A stretch of 64,000 nt of DNA. Origin: a virus. This document shows positions 8,591-18,580 of the stretch, piece after piece. The position numbers were made by a program, and so were the translations under genes. How positions within the stretch are numbered: position 1 is the stretch's first letter; every line of letters starts with the position of its first letter. The notes below the pieces were generated by a model. It did no database searches. It worked only from the letters and a program-made list of their open reading frames with translations, and was not told the DNA's origin. The stretch lies in the IMG/VR virus record IMGVR_UViG_3300039412_001263; one strand, written 5' to 3'.

Positions 8591-9304
8591 TTGCATAAGA
8601 TTACGGCTACTCTACTTGTTTTGCTTGCTGTATCTATGGTTTTTGCTCCCATCATGTACGTGGTAGGTTATAGTAATGCGACTCCGCTTCTCAGGCAGGG
8701 TTACGAGGCTGGCTTAACTGACATGCAGAAAGCGCTTGACGCGAATGGCGTTTATACTAGTTGGACTTTGAATGCTGATGGATCATACACGGTTTCGGTG
8801 CTTGGTAGTAACGGCGCGATTCTTTCTTCAGCTACTTACAGGCTTGACTTGTTTGTGCAGCAAATCCGCGACGGCAAAGTTATTGGTCAGAGCATTCACA
8901 GTATGACTTGGACTACGGCGGGTTTGACTTGGCTTGCTGATAACACTTGGAATAGTGGCGGCATAAACTGTACTCAATGGGCAAGGTATATTGGGGCTAG
9001 TGCTGCTACTGACTCGTTTAGTGCTGCTTGGACTGTTTTGCCCAGTGAAATCGTGAATAACGGTTTAGGACGGGCTTTGGCATCTTGGACTGCTGGAACT
9101 ACGGGCATAGGGAACTTGACGAAGAGTTTTAGCGTGACTGGAACTCAGAGTACGCAACTTTATGGTTTGTACACTGACACTTACGCTAATGCTCCTGGTA
9201 GTACGTTGGTTGCGGCTGAGCAGCAGGGTGCGGGTGCAGTGAAGAATCTGCTTAGTGGCGACACTTTAGCAACTACGATTATGTGCAGTGCAGCAGGCGC
9301 TTAA
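8591..9304 (+). CDS. Secreted protein with phage tail-collar/fibre-like domain
   Basis: Signal peptide, then T.AG...LA...YIG...TD...L..E...L.R...F...YGL...KN...DTL..T pattern seen in tail-collar fibre proteins (recognised from memory). Confidence 0.5.
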   Translation: MHKITATLLVLLAVSMVFAPIMYVVGYSNATPLLRQGYEAGLTDMQKALDANGVYTSWTLNADGSYTVSVLGSNGAILSSATYRLDLFVQQIRDGKVIGQSIHSMTWTTAGLTWLADNTWNSGGINCTQWARYIGASAATDSFSAAWTVLPSEIVNNGLGRALASWTAGTTGIGNLTKSFSVTGTQSTQLYGLYTDTYANAPGSTLVAAEQQGAGAVKNLLSGDTLATTIMCSAAGA

Positions 9305-9464
9305 TCTGATTAAGATTCCCCTTTCTTTTTTCTTCTAAAGTTTTTTTATCGTTATCCTAAAGGATGTAGATCAGGAGCACTAGACAGTTGAAACTTAAAA
9401 CTTCAAAGACTTTCCTAATCATTTTCCTAATTTTAAATGCGCGGCGCTTTATGGGGAAGCGATA

Positions 9465-12400
9465 ATGAAACGTAAATTTGCACGCAATTTAAAGACCATT
9501 GCGGTCATTTTATTATTAATTAGTGTAATATTCATCGGTTTGTATGCTCCGCTTGTTTATGCGGCATCTATTTTCAGTGAAAATTTTGAAAGTGGAAACC
9601 TAAGTAGCTGGACAGTAGCTGGCAGTGGAGTTTATACTGAAGCCGTAACAACCACGACTGTTTATGCTGGAACATATGCTTGCAACGGAACAAGGTCAGC
9701 ATCGGGGTCTTATGCGGAAATCTACCATAATCTTGCAAGTTCTTACTCTACCCTTTATGCCCAAAGCTATTGTAGATTTACAGCGTTGCCAACAAATAAT
9801 CAAGTTATTCAATTTGGAGCTGCATCGATAGGCGATTTGAGTGACAATAATGACCTTATAGCTGTAAAAATAATGAATGTTAGTGGAACGCAAGAGTGGG
9901 GATTAAAATATTATAATTTAGGAACCACTTATAATGCAACAGCTCCATCCCCAGCAGCAAACACATGGTATAATATTGAAGTAGAATATCATGCTAGTTC
10001 CACGGTTGGATTTGCAACATTATGGATTAATAACGCATTGACTCTTAACGTAACTGGACTAAATATGCCAACGGCAGCTCAAAGCGTTTGGTGTGCAGTA
10101 ACTTCCAATTCAACCGCTACTGTGACCCTAAGCGCCTTCAGTGACAATGTTTATGTTTCTGCCTCTTACATTGACGTTACTAACCCAACTTATTCCAGCA
10201 TAACTACAAGCAACACTGTTAGGGGTCAATCCTGCATTTTCGGGGTTACTTGGATAGATGAAACGGGATTAAGCAAATACATGTTTGGTTGTAACGTGTC
10301 GGGTTCATGGGTTAACTCTACTAGCTGGATAGCTTTCACTTCTAACCCTCAAACAATAACTAACACAACCACGCTTAGCTCGGCAGTTGGAGGCGAAGAC
10401 CAATATGAATGGTGGGCAAATGACACAAGTGGCAACTTTAATAATACTGGAGTACAAACTTTAACGACAACGTTGCTTGCGTCAACCCTTGTTTTATCAG
10501 TTTCAGCATCTTTCGGGGCTACCGAGTATCTAAAGACTAGTTATGCTAAGGTGTTTTCTGCTTCAGCAACCTTCGCGGCGACAGAGTACATGCAAACCAG
10601 TTATACTATGCCTCTTACTGCCTCAGCAAAGTTTAACGCAACTCAGCAAAGCCCCATCACATATAACTTGGCGAGTTCTGTTAACGCAAAATACAATGCT
10701 ACTGATATTGAGAAAGGCACTTACAGCATTCCGCTTTCCAGTTCAAGCAAATTCACCTTAACTAGCGTGTTCTCATCAATTTATAACTTGGTAAGTTTCG
10801 CTTCTAGCCATTTCAGTTTAACCGATGTGTTCTCGGTAGCTTACAAACTGTTGCTTTCTGCATCAAGAACTTTCAGCTTAACGCTTCTGCCAAGCATAAT
10901 CTTACACCTTTTGTTTTCTATCTCAAAAAGTTTCAGTTTAATTTCCTCTTTGACTAGTGCTTTTCATGTGTTGTCAACTGCAAACTTTAATGTTGCCCTT
11001 AACTTTTTGCCAAGCAGTCTCTATTACATTTTATCCAGTGTTATGAGTAGCTTCGGCTTGATAAATGGTTTGAAGAGTGGTTTTAACGTGTTGTCTTCAG
11101 TGTTGGGTAGTTTTAGCCTTAGCTTTCTACGAAGTGCAGTCTTTAACATTTTAACTTCTGCTTCTTCAAGTTTCAGATTAGTCCTATGGCTTGGTTCAGC
11201 CTTCAAGGTTCTCTCAAGCATCGGGGGCACTTTCACTTTATCAACTCTGCTAACCTCAACCTTTAACTTGCTATATGGGTTAAGTGGAAAGTTCGCTCTC
11301 ACTCTTTTACCAAACACGATTTTCAATATTCTATCGGGCTTAAGTAGCCAATTTAGCCTAGTAGTTTACTTGAGTTCAATCTACACTATCTTAGCCAATT
11401 TAGCTAGCGCATTCACATTGAACCTTTTACCAAGTATAATCTTTAATATGCTTTCAAGTTTAGGTAGCCAGTTTAGCCTTGCACTTCATTTAACCTCTAT
11501 CTTTAACATCTTATCGAATTTAGGCGACATATTCACTTTGAATCTTTTAAAGTCAATGGTCTTTAATGTACTCAGTACCTTGTCTTCAACCTTTAATCTT
11601 ACACTTTACTTAACTACAATTTATAACGTGCTATCAACGGTTGCCTTCAACCTGAATGTTACCGCGTACATCGCAGGTGCCTTTAATGTGCTGGTTTCTG
11701 TAGCAAACAGTTTCGGCTTAACTCTTTGGGTTGGTTCAGCTTTCAAAATCCTTTCAAGCTTAACTGGCATCTTCACCTTAACAACTCTAATTTCATCAGT
11801 CTTCAACGTACTGTCTGGGTTAATGGGACACTTCAACTTAACAACTTCACTAAGCACAATCTACACTGTGCTTTCCAGCTTATCAAGCCAATTTAATTTA
11901 ACGCCTTACCTGACCGCATTTTATAATCTATTGTTCAACACCGGCTTCACCGCTTCACTGATACTTCAAGCTCAATCAATCTTTAATGCCCTATTCAACT
12001 TATCAGGAAAATTTGCTTTAACCTTTTTACCGAATGCCCTCTTCCACATACTTTCAGGATTATCAAGCAACTTCAATCTTGTAGCCAGCTTTAGCTCAAT
12101 CTACATGGTTCTTTCTAGCTTGTCAAAAAGTTTTAGCTTGAGCTTTTTGTCGTCAGCGATATTTAATGTGCTCAGTGGGCTTTCTGGACGGTTCAACCTT
12201 GTTCCTTCATTGAGTGCAATTTTCAATGTTATCTCAAGTGTCAGTAGCCAGTTTAATCTCGTTAGCTATTTCAGTTTCATCTACACGGTTCTGTCTGTTC
12301 TTACTGGAAGTTTCAGCTTGAACATTTTTACATCAACAGCTTTCCATATTCTATCCAGTTTATCTTCAACCTTCAACCTCATGCCTTATCTTTCCACAGT

Positions 12401-13136
12401 TTACAACATCTTATCAAGTTTGAGTTCAACATTCACCTTAAACCTATTCCTCACCTATATTGCCCGCGCAGAAGCTTACATTGTAACTTTAAGCCTAGGC
12501 TGGACAGCGACATTAACAAGCAGTTTAACAAGCCTATACAATCTACTCTCAACTTCAAACGCAATCTTCACCGTGAACGCTTACTTCACAACAATCTACA
12601 ATATTCTCAGAAGCTTATCAGGAAACTTCAACGTTTCAGCCATAATCAGCTCCGCTTTTAACTTGCTATTCCACAGCAACTTTATAGCTTCAACCACACT
12701 ACAATTACAATCAGCCTTTAACATCCTGCTTAGTTTACTGGGAAAATTCACTTTAACAACCCTGCCGAACACAATATATAACTTACTAACCAGCTTAGCC
12801 AGCACATTCACCTTATCACTACTTAACCCTGCAACGCATATAGTGAATTTGCTTATCGGCTTCAAAACCACATTAACAATCATGGAACAATCAATCTACA
12901 ATCTAATATTCAATTCAGGCGCAACATTCAACTTAAGCCTCACAATAATTCAGGGCTTACTACAAAACATGCTATTGACTTTAGGTGCGGTCTTTGGCTT
13001 GCAGTTTATTCCATTCCCCTTCCAAATCAGGTTCACAGAAGACGAGTTAGTTGCAGGAGCAGTTCTCGCCGTAATAATAGTTGTTCCTATAGTTTTCTCT
13101 TTAGCTATGGTTTGGAGAAGAAGAAATGAAGATTAA
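9465..13136 (+). CDS. Large surface/spike protein: signal peptide, LamG/lectin-like head, Ig-like domain, about 40 x 20-aa repeat stalk, C-terminal TM + RRR
   Basis: IFSENFESGNLSSW...head; strict 60-nt periodicity; C-terminal AGAVLAVIIVVPIVFSLAMVWRRR. Confidence 0.8.
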   Translation: MKRKFARNLKTIAVILLLISVIFIGLYAPLVYAASIFSENFESGNLSSWTVAGSGVYTEAVTTTTVYAGTYACNGTRSASGSYAEIYHNLASSYSTLYAQSYCRFTALPTNNQVIQFGAASIGDLSDNNDLIAVKIMNVSGTQEWGLKYYNLGTTYNATAPSPAANTWYNIEVEYHASSTVGFATLWINNALTLNVTGLNMPTAAQSVWCAVTSNSTATVTLSAFSDNVYVSASYIDVTNPTYSSITTSNTVRGQSCIFGVTWIDETGLSKYMFGCNVSGSWVNSTSWIAFTSNPQTITNTTTLSSAVGGEDQYEWWANDTSGNFNNTGVQTLTTTLLASTLVLSVSASFGATEYLKTSYAKVFSASATFAATEYMQTSYTMPLTASAKFNATQQSPITYNLASSVNAKYNATDIEKGTYSIPLSSSSKFTLTSVFSSIYNLVSFASSHFSLTDVFSVAYKLLLSASRTFSLTLLPSIILHLLFSISKSFSLISSLTSAFHVLSTANFNVALNFLPSSLYYILSSVMSSFGLINGLKSGFNVLSSVLGSFSLSFLRSAVFNILTSASSSFRLVLWLGSAFKVLSSIGGTFTLSTLLTSTFNLLYGLSGKFALTLLPNTIFNILSGLSSQFSLVVYLSSIYTILANLASAFTLNLLPSIIFNMLSSLGSQFSLALHLTSIFNILSNLGDIFTLNLLKSMVFNVLSTLSSTFNLTLYLTTIYNVLSTVAFNLNVTAYIAGAFNVLVSVANSFGLTLWVGSAFKILSSLTGIFTLTTLISSVFNVLSGLMGHFNLTTSLSTIYTVLSSLSSQFNLTPYLTAFYNLLFNTGFTASLILQAQSIFNALFNLSGKFALTFLPNALFHILSGLSSNFNLVASFSSIYMVLSSLSKSFSLSFLSSAIFNVLSGLSGRFNLVPSLSAIFNVISSVSSQFNLVSYFSFIYTVLSVLTGSFSLNIFTSTAFHILSSLSSTFNLMPYLSTVYNILSSLSSTFTLNLFLTYIARAEAYIVTLSLGWTATLTSSLTSLYNLLSTSNAIFTVNAYFTTIYNILRSLSGNFNVSAIISSAFNLLFHSNFIASTTLQLQSAFNILLSLLGKFTLTTLPNTIYNLLTSLASTFTLSLLNPATHIVNLLIGFKTTLTIMEQSIYNLIFNSGATFNLSLTIIQGLLQNMLLTLGAVFGLQFIPFPFQIRFTEDELVAGAVLAVIIVVPIVFSLAMVWRRRNED
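10490..12990 (+). repeat. Degenerate 20-aa (60-nt) coding tandem repeat
   Basis: Units such as FNVLSSVLGSFSLSFLRSAV / FNILTSASSSFRLVLWLGSA / FKVLSSIGGTFTLSTLLTST; one 5-aa insert (ARAEA) near 12460-12476. Confidence 0.9.
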
Positions 13137-13147
13137 AGCCTTCATGT

Positions 13148-14596
13148 TCATCCATATAAAAAAAATCGGTTAAATTTAAAAGTTTTTATTTGACTCTTTT
13201 TCCCAAACTTGACCTTCTTGTACTCGCTTTTGTGTATATACGTTACCATCATTGCAACAAATACACACTCTATAATAACGAGAGCTATCAAGAACCAAAC
13301 TATTGTTGTTGGTGTCGATGTTGATGGGCTTGAAGTTGGTATTGGAGTCGGAGATACTGTCGGTGTAGGCGAAGCGGTTGCTGTCGGCTTCGAAGTTGGG
13401 CTTGGAGATGTTGTCGATTTTGGAGTTAGTGTTGAAGTGAACGATACTGGAGGTGCAGTAGGTGCTGGAGAGGCTGTTGGAGTAGGGGTTGAGGATGGAC
13501 TTGGACTAGGAGTGATTGTTGGCTGTGGTGTTGGACTCGCTGTTGGAACAGGAGTTGGAGATGGCAATGGAGTTGGAGATGGAGTTGGTGTAGGGCTGGG
13601 TGTTGGGCTTGGTATCGGAGTTGGTGAAGGAGTTGGAGCAGGGGTTGAAGTTGGTGTTGGAGAAGGCGTGGGTGTTATAGTTGGAGTTGGCATTGGAGTG
13701 GGTGTCGGTGTTGGAGAAGGTGTAGGAGTCGGAGATGGCGTGGGAGATGGCGTAGGGGTCGGACTCGGAGTAGGGCTTGGACTTAGGGTTGGTGAAGGTG
13801 TAGGTGTTGGGCTAGGAGTTGGCGAAGCTGTTGGCGTAGGAGTAGGCGTTGGGGTTGATGTTGGTGTTGGAGTTGGGTTAGGACTACTCATTGCTATATA
13901 AACAGTGTTTGCTAATAGATTCGCACCAGCTTGATTTGGATGCCCGCCGTCGCCACTGTCGTAAGCAGGGTTTAAATATGTAGGATTATTAGGGTCGTTA
14001 AACATGTTGTATGTATGTACAACGTGAACGCCTAAAGATGGGGCAGTTACGTCAATCCAATTATCAATAGTAACAACGTTTGTTTGACCATCCCATGGTA
14101 AAATTTCTACCGCATAAACTGAACAGCCATAATTTAAAGCAGATTGCCAAATTGTTTGCAGAGTGGCTTCTATCGTTGCTTCTGGAGTTCCCCAAAGGTC
14201 ATTTGTACCACCTAGCAAAACAAGTATTGTGTAACCTTGTGTTTTATAGATATTATTCCATCGTGTAAGCATATCACTTACGGTATTGCCACCAACTCCA
14301 GCATTTGTTGTTGATATTCCTGACAAACTTTGCAATGTTGTTGGATAAGGTGTAGCTAATTGCCCCCAAGACCCGTCTGAATTTTTCTTGGCTCCATAAG
14401 TTATTGAATCGCCTAAGCATAATATTTTTTGTGTTGGATTCTGTGCCTTTGTCAGATTGATTGCGGAAAATATTGCAGTGGTTAACAACGCTATTGTCAT
14501 GAGTGTTATGAGTAATATTTTAATTGCTTTCTTCACTTTTTCAACTCTATAGCAAGTTTTAGTGCCTTTACCTTTTTCATGCCGCGTTTTCCTCAT
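13148..14596 (-). CDS. SGNH/GDSL hydrolase (esterase) with Pro/Thr linker and C-terminal TM anchor
   Basis: Blocks LGDSIT, GVGGN, LGGTND and DGGHPN; N-terminal signal helix; long (PT/PS)n stalk; TM followed by basic tail. Confidence 0.9.
   Translation of the reverse strand: MRKTRHEKGKGTKTCYRVEKVKKAIKILLITLMTIALLTTAIFSAINLTKAQNPTQKILCLGDSITYGAKKNSDGSWGQLATPYPTTLQSLSGISTTNAGVGGNTVSDMLTRWNNIYKTQGYTILVLLGGTNDLWGTPEATIEATLQTIWQSALNYGCSVYAVEILPWDGQTNVVTIDNWIDVTAPSLGVHVVHTYNMFNDPNNPTYLNPAYDSGDGGHPNQAGANLLANTVYIAMSSPNPTPTPTSTPTPTPTPTASPTPSPTPTPSPTLSPSPTPSPTPTPSPTPSPTPTPSPTPTPTPMPTPTITPTPSPTPTSTPAPTPSPTPIPSPTPSPTPTPSPTPLPSPTPVPTASPTPQPTITPSPSPSSTPTPTASPAPTAPPVSFTSTLTPKSTTSPSPTSKPTATASPTPTVSPTPIPTSSPSTSTPTTIVWFLIALVIIECVFVAMMVTYIHKSEYKKVKFGKKSQIKTFKFNRFFLYG
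13320..13885 (-). repeat. Low-complexity Pro-Thr/Ser coding repeat (linker)
   Basis: PTPTPSPTP repeats in the 482-aa ORF. Confidence 0.9.
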
Positions 14597-14923
14597 TGAA
14601 TATGTGCGCGCAGTTTTGGCATTTGTAACGTTGCTTTAACCCTTCTCTAGTCATTATTGTTCCGTACTTCACGATTTTTTCACTGGAGCATTTAGGACAT
14701 TGCATACATCAATCAATCAACCAACTAATATAAAAGCCTTATTGTCACCCTTACAACTTTTCTTTTGTGCAAGTGAATAACAGTTTACTTTTTACACCAA
14801 CTTTACCGTACTATCCTTTCATGCTTTACATTACTCAATTTATGTACAAAATGCAGTTCACCGCTTCAATATGGCAAACGCTATATCTCTGCGGTACGCT
14901 AATTCGCCTCTGGGGAAATCGCC

Positions 14924-16099
14924 ATGCGAAGAAAAGAAACTATCCCAAGAGCTCTTAAGGACGGCACAGGACGCAAACTGTTCCTTGAAAAATTCGGTAA
15001 ACCCATAGAAGAATACGATTGCTATAAACGGGCAATTGAAGGGCTCAATAAATCTACTCAGAGAACTTACAGGCGTGTTTTGCCATACTACTTCCTCTTT
15101 TTAGGGGAAGACCCAGACGCAGTGATTGCCAATCGAAAAAGTGATTTGACAAGTTTCGACGTAACCGATAACGAAAGGTACGAGCGCAAAACGAAAGCCT
15201 ACATCAAAACCTTAGTCAGCAAGAACCTGTCTATAAGCGGTCACATCGGCAGGATTCAAGGATTCTTCAGCAACAACAGCCACCGATTAAGCTTGGATTT
15301 GCGAAGGCTGAAGTACCCGAAAGCAAGGAAAACCCGCAAGTTTTCGCCATGCAACGAGGATGTCCGAAGCTTGTTTGCTCACGCTGACTCTGCCAGAGAC
15401 AAGTTTATCGTCGCAGTTATTTACCAGAATGGACCTGCACCAGTAGATGTTGCTGCCTTAAGGGTTGGCGATTATCCAGTTGAGCCCTGGGTCTATTTTG
15501 AGTTTAGCCGGAGCAAGACAGGCGAGGTTTGGCGTGGCGTTTCTACTCCCGACGTATGCGATTGTTTGAAGGCTTACGTAATCGTTAAAAAAGGTAAAGT
15601 AATGATTAAGAAAGGCAAGGTTGGTGAGCCTTTGCTTGTTGGTCGTGAGGGTCCACTTGATAATCAGGGGGTCAGTCAGGTTGTGCGTGAATTAATCATT
15701 AAAGCTGGTTTCGGTTCTGTTGAGGGATTTAAGCCAACTAGTCTGCGAGACGCTTTCGAGGATGCCCTTTGTGACGCAGAAATTTATAGTAAGGTTAAGG
15801 AGGCTTTGATGGGTCACACTTCCAGCATTGAACATGAATATGGCAGCCAAGATAAGATGGAGTTTCGGTTAATTGAGGCTATGAAAAAGGTTTACCCACT
15901 TTTATGCTTGAATGATTCGAACAGGGTTGACGGTTCTATGGTTGGACTCACAAAGGATGATATTGATAATGTCAAAGAACTTATGAAAGAGCTTCCTCTG
16001 TTTCGGGAAGTCAGGGATTTATTGAAAGCTAAGGAACTTATCCATGTTAATGACCCTGAGCACTTAAAAGGTGAAGACAAAAACAAGGATAAGAAATAG
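14924..16099 (+). CDS. Tyrosine recombinase/integrase family protein with non-canonical catalytic residues
   Basis: RDKFIV...NGPAPVD (G-x-R position = A), SKTG, PTSLR (HxxR position = T), LMGH, EHEY. Confidence 0.8.
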   Translation: MRRKETIPRALKDGTGRKLFLEKFGKPIEEYDCYKRAIEGLNKSTQRTYRRVLPYYFLFLGEDPDAVIANRKSDLTSFDVTDNERYERKTKAYIKTLVSKNLSISGHIGRIQGFFSNNSHRLSLDLRRLKYPKARKTRKFSPCNEDVRSLFAHADSARDKFIVAVIYQNGPAPVDVAALRVGDYPVEPWVYFEFSRSKTGEVWRGVSTPDVCDCLKAYVIVKKGKVMIKKGKVGEPLLVGREGPLDNQGVSQVVRELIIKAGFGSVEGFKPTSLRDAFEDALCDAEIYSKVKEALMGHTSSIEHEYGSQDKMEFRLIEAMKKVYPLLCLNDSNRVDGSMVGLTKDDIDNVKELMKELPLFREVRDLLKAKELIHVNDPEHLKGEDKNKDKK

Positions 16100-16433
16100 C
16101 CTTCAATTTTTCTTTCTCAGTGTATATTTTCTTTGCCTTGTTTGATCTCGGATTTGTTTAGCTTTTCTACGGCGTAACTCTTTGAGTTTAGCTTCATCTT
16201 CAGGAGTCCATTCTTCAGTCATTTTTTAACATCTCCTAACTCTTTATCAACAACTTGGTGAATCTTCAGGAATAAATAATACAAAAGCTATCAGCATTCC
16301 TACAATAACAAATCCCATTATTCCCATAAGAAGTGCAAAAAGTAAACCACCAAGCAAGAAAATAATTATCCATTCTGTGCTTTGTTTCCAGACTTTTTTC
16401 ATTTTCAATCCTCCGACTTTTGCTAATTAACTG

Positions 16434-16766
16434 TCAACAAGGAAATAATAATCGTTTGATATTTTCAATGGAATCAGTTATCCAGTCTTTTGAGTCAAGC
16501 ATTATTTTATAGGTTCTGAGAGTATAGTATCGAACAGTTCCAAGTTTCTGTTTATTCATACATCCCATTGGCAAACCATTTTTATCTGAAAGTATCGTTT
16601 TTGACAATAGAAAGTTGTGACCGCATTTTGTGTTTAGGAATAAGGTATCTATGTTTTTATTCACTAATTTCCATGCTTCTTTATTGGAATATGTGTTACT
16701 GATTGAAACTACTCCACAAGCTGGGCATTTCAAATGTAAAGGTACTACATCTTCAAATAACTTCAT
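16434..16766 (-). CDS. Zn-ribbon protein
   Basis: CPACG...CGH motifs. Confidence 0.6.
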   Translation of the reverse strand: MKLFEDVVPLHLKCPACGVVSISNTYSNKEAWKLVNKNIDTLFLNTKCGHNFLLSKTILSDKNGLPMGCMNKQKLGTVRYYTLRTYKIMLDSKDWITDSIENIKRLLFPC

Positions 16767-16985
16767 TTTCCAAACAGTCTCCTATAGAACCACGTTTTTA
16801 CTCTGTGAGGAAGTAAAGGATCGGTATCTATCAGCATCATTAATTCTATTTTCCAATTCATTTTTTTCACCTTTTAATTTTTCGTTCAGTTCGTTTAAAT
16901 GCACTTACTAACTAACTGACAATATAGTGTCACTATTAGCATTTATAGTTTGTGGTGCCACTATAAGTAAAAACAAGTAATTCGA

Positions 16986-17417
16986 TTAATAGTTTATTTT
17001 TGTTTTATCCTTAAGTAAAGGAATGTTTGGAAGTAAACTTGATAATTGAGCAAACTGCTCTTTGTTTAAAGCTAGATACTTCCAGACTTTCTTTGCTTTA
17101 AAATTTAATTGTCCCTTACTAACGCAAATTGACTCTACATCATCATGAGCTATTGCAAAAGAACCCTTGATTTTTTGCAGTTTTTCATCCAAAGATAAGT
17201 CTTTAGTTTCTTGCTCCTTCTTCTTTTCTTTGCGTTTTCCAAAGTGAAAGACTGCTTCGCTTACACCTGCTCCTATAAGCCCACCTACAAGACCACCTGA
17301 ACCAACAGGCGTATTATGCGCCTTAAAAGATTTAATGAAAACTGTTCGCTTATCGTTAAAATATAAATCGTAACCTTGAACATCATCAATCTTTGTGTAC
17401 TGTTCATAATTTGGCAT
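16986..17417 (-). CDS. Hypothetical protein with glycine-zipper-like segment
   Basis: GSGGLVGGLIGAGV followed by a basic stretch and a beta-rich C-terminal domain. Confidence 0.65.
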   Translation of the reverse strand: MPNYEQYTKIDDVQGYDLYFNDKRTVFIKSFKAHNTPVGSGGLVGGLIGAGVSEAVFHFGKRKEKKKEQETKDLSLDEKLQKIKGSFAIAHDDVESICVSKGQLNFKAKKVWKYLALNKEQFAQLSSLLPNIPLLKDKTKINY

Positions 17418-17669
17418 AAGAACAAATTGTAAGTGTTTACAATTTAAGATTTTCTACTAATAGCTGCCATAGGTATCATCTTCACTTTCACTGTACCCTC
17501 TACTGCTCTGCGTATATTTTGTGTAGAAAAGTTTTAAATCTATCTTACGATTACTTATTAAGGTTTGTAGGGTTGGGAAGGCAGATGTGCGAAGAATGTA
17601 TCCCAAAACAGAGAGCATTACTAAACGTGGTTTTAGCAAGTGCTAGGCAATCAGAAAGTTTAGCTGAGT

Positions 17670-17987
17670 TTATCCTACAGGTTCAGAATCTTCAGTTTTT
17701 TTTGGATGCTCTTGATCAAGTAGAGCATTCTGAGCAACTTTTAATTGAGTTGCAACCTCAACCCCTTTTTGGTTCAGCCAAATAGAATGGTCAAAAGGAA
17801 ACTTTTTGTTAACTTCATCTTGTATTAGCCGGTTTACTTTTAGCATTTTTAAGGTAGATAAAATTGTTTCTCTTGTGGCCTTAACATTGCGATCTAATTC
17901 AGAGACATTTATTTTTCTATCGCGGTTGTCATAGAGGTAAACAAGAATTTGCAATGCTCCCTGTTTCTCTAAATCTCGGAAGGGCAT
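17670..17987 (-). CDS. Winged-HTH (MarR/ArsR-like) transcriptional regulator, candidate repressor
   Basis: LQILVYL...INVSEL...TLKMLKVNRLI...IWLNQKGVEVA pattern; divergent from an AbrB-like gene. Confidence 0.8.
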   Translation of the reverse strand: MPFRDLEKQGALQILVYLYDNRDRKINVSELDRNVKATRETILSTLKMLKVNRLIQDEVNKKFPFDHSIWLNQKGVEVATQLKVAQNALLDQEHPKKTEDSEPVG

Positions 17988-18039
17988 GTTGCATTGTCTC
18001 CAAATGGTTTAACTAATTAGCTTTTGGCATTTAAATTAA

Positions 18040-18180
18040 TAGGTTATGTTCGGTAATATGATAACGGTTTTTCATATAACGATAAACGATATATCTTTAA
18101 AAGATATATTTTTTTTAAACCTAACATCTTATATACTCAGCTATACTAAATAAGGTTATCAGCTAAACCGATAACGGAGA
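18040..18180. promoter_or_regulatory. Divergent promoter/operator region
   Basis: Perfect 10-1-10 inverted repeat ATATATCTTT-A-AAAGATATAT (18089-18109) containing TTTAAAA; recurrent GATAACG/ATAACG boxes (18060, 18076, 18170) and reverse GGTTAT boxes. Confidence 0.65.
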
Positions 18181-18191
18181 AGCAGATAAGC

Positions 18192-18341
18192 ATGAACACA
18201 CAAAAACCCGACACATTCACCACAAGCGTCCAAGAACTCTTCCGCCTTGTCATTCCAGTAACGATGCGTGAACTCTGGGCAATCCAAGTAGGCGACATTT
18301 TAGAAGTAAAAATTTGCGGTGTCCACAAAAAGGAGGCTTAA
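18192..18341 (+). CDS. AbrB/MazE/SpoVT-family DNA-binding protein (49 aa)
   Basis: Translated by hand: MNTQKPDTFTTSVQELFRLVIPVTMRELWAIQVGDILEVKI..., the swapped-hairpin IP..R...I..GD.L pattern. Confidence 0.75.
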   Translation: MNTQKPDTFTTSVQELFRLVIPVTMRELWAIQVGDILEVKICGVHKKEA

Positions 18342-18580
18342 AATTGGTTGTTTTTTTGAGCCAAGAAGAAAAACAGAACCTCGCCGAGCTTGTGCAGATT
18401 GGACGCGACTTGAAGCCGTTTGTTGAACGTTTCCGCCTCATTAAAGCTTTCACAGAAAACAAGGAGGCTTAAGCAAATGATTGATACTTTTACTTTTTGT
18501 TATTGGATTCTTGCTTCGGGTACGATGGTTTTTGCTTTTGGTTTTTGGTGGGGTAGGTACCGGGAAAGGGGACTTAAGAC

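Noticed and set aside
11024-12883. Minus-strand ORFs (11024, 11621, 12596) with periodic K/L/V patterns
   Set aside because: Antisense shadows of the 20-aa repeat gene.
10490-12990. 60-nt periodic array as a CRISPR array or DGR template/variable repeat
   Set aside because: Units are fully in-frame coding and degenerate mainly at synonymous positions, with no repeat-spacer alternation, no adenine-specific variation and no reverse transcriptase or cas gene in the element.
13209-13901. 230-aa Gly/Val-repeat ORF on the + strand (and copy 63308..64000)
   Set aside because: Antisense shadow of the Pro/Thr linker of the SGNH hydrolase gene.
17457-17785. Track ORFs 17457..17639 (-) and 17519..17785 (+)
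   Set aside because: No motifs or RBS; they overlap the wHTH gene or intergenic AT-rich DNA and are likely spurious.
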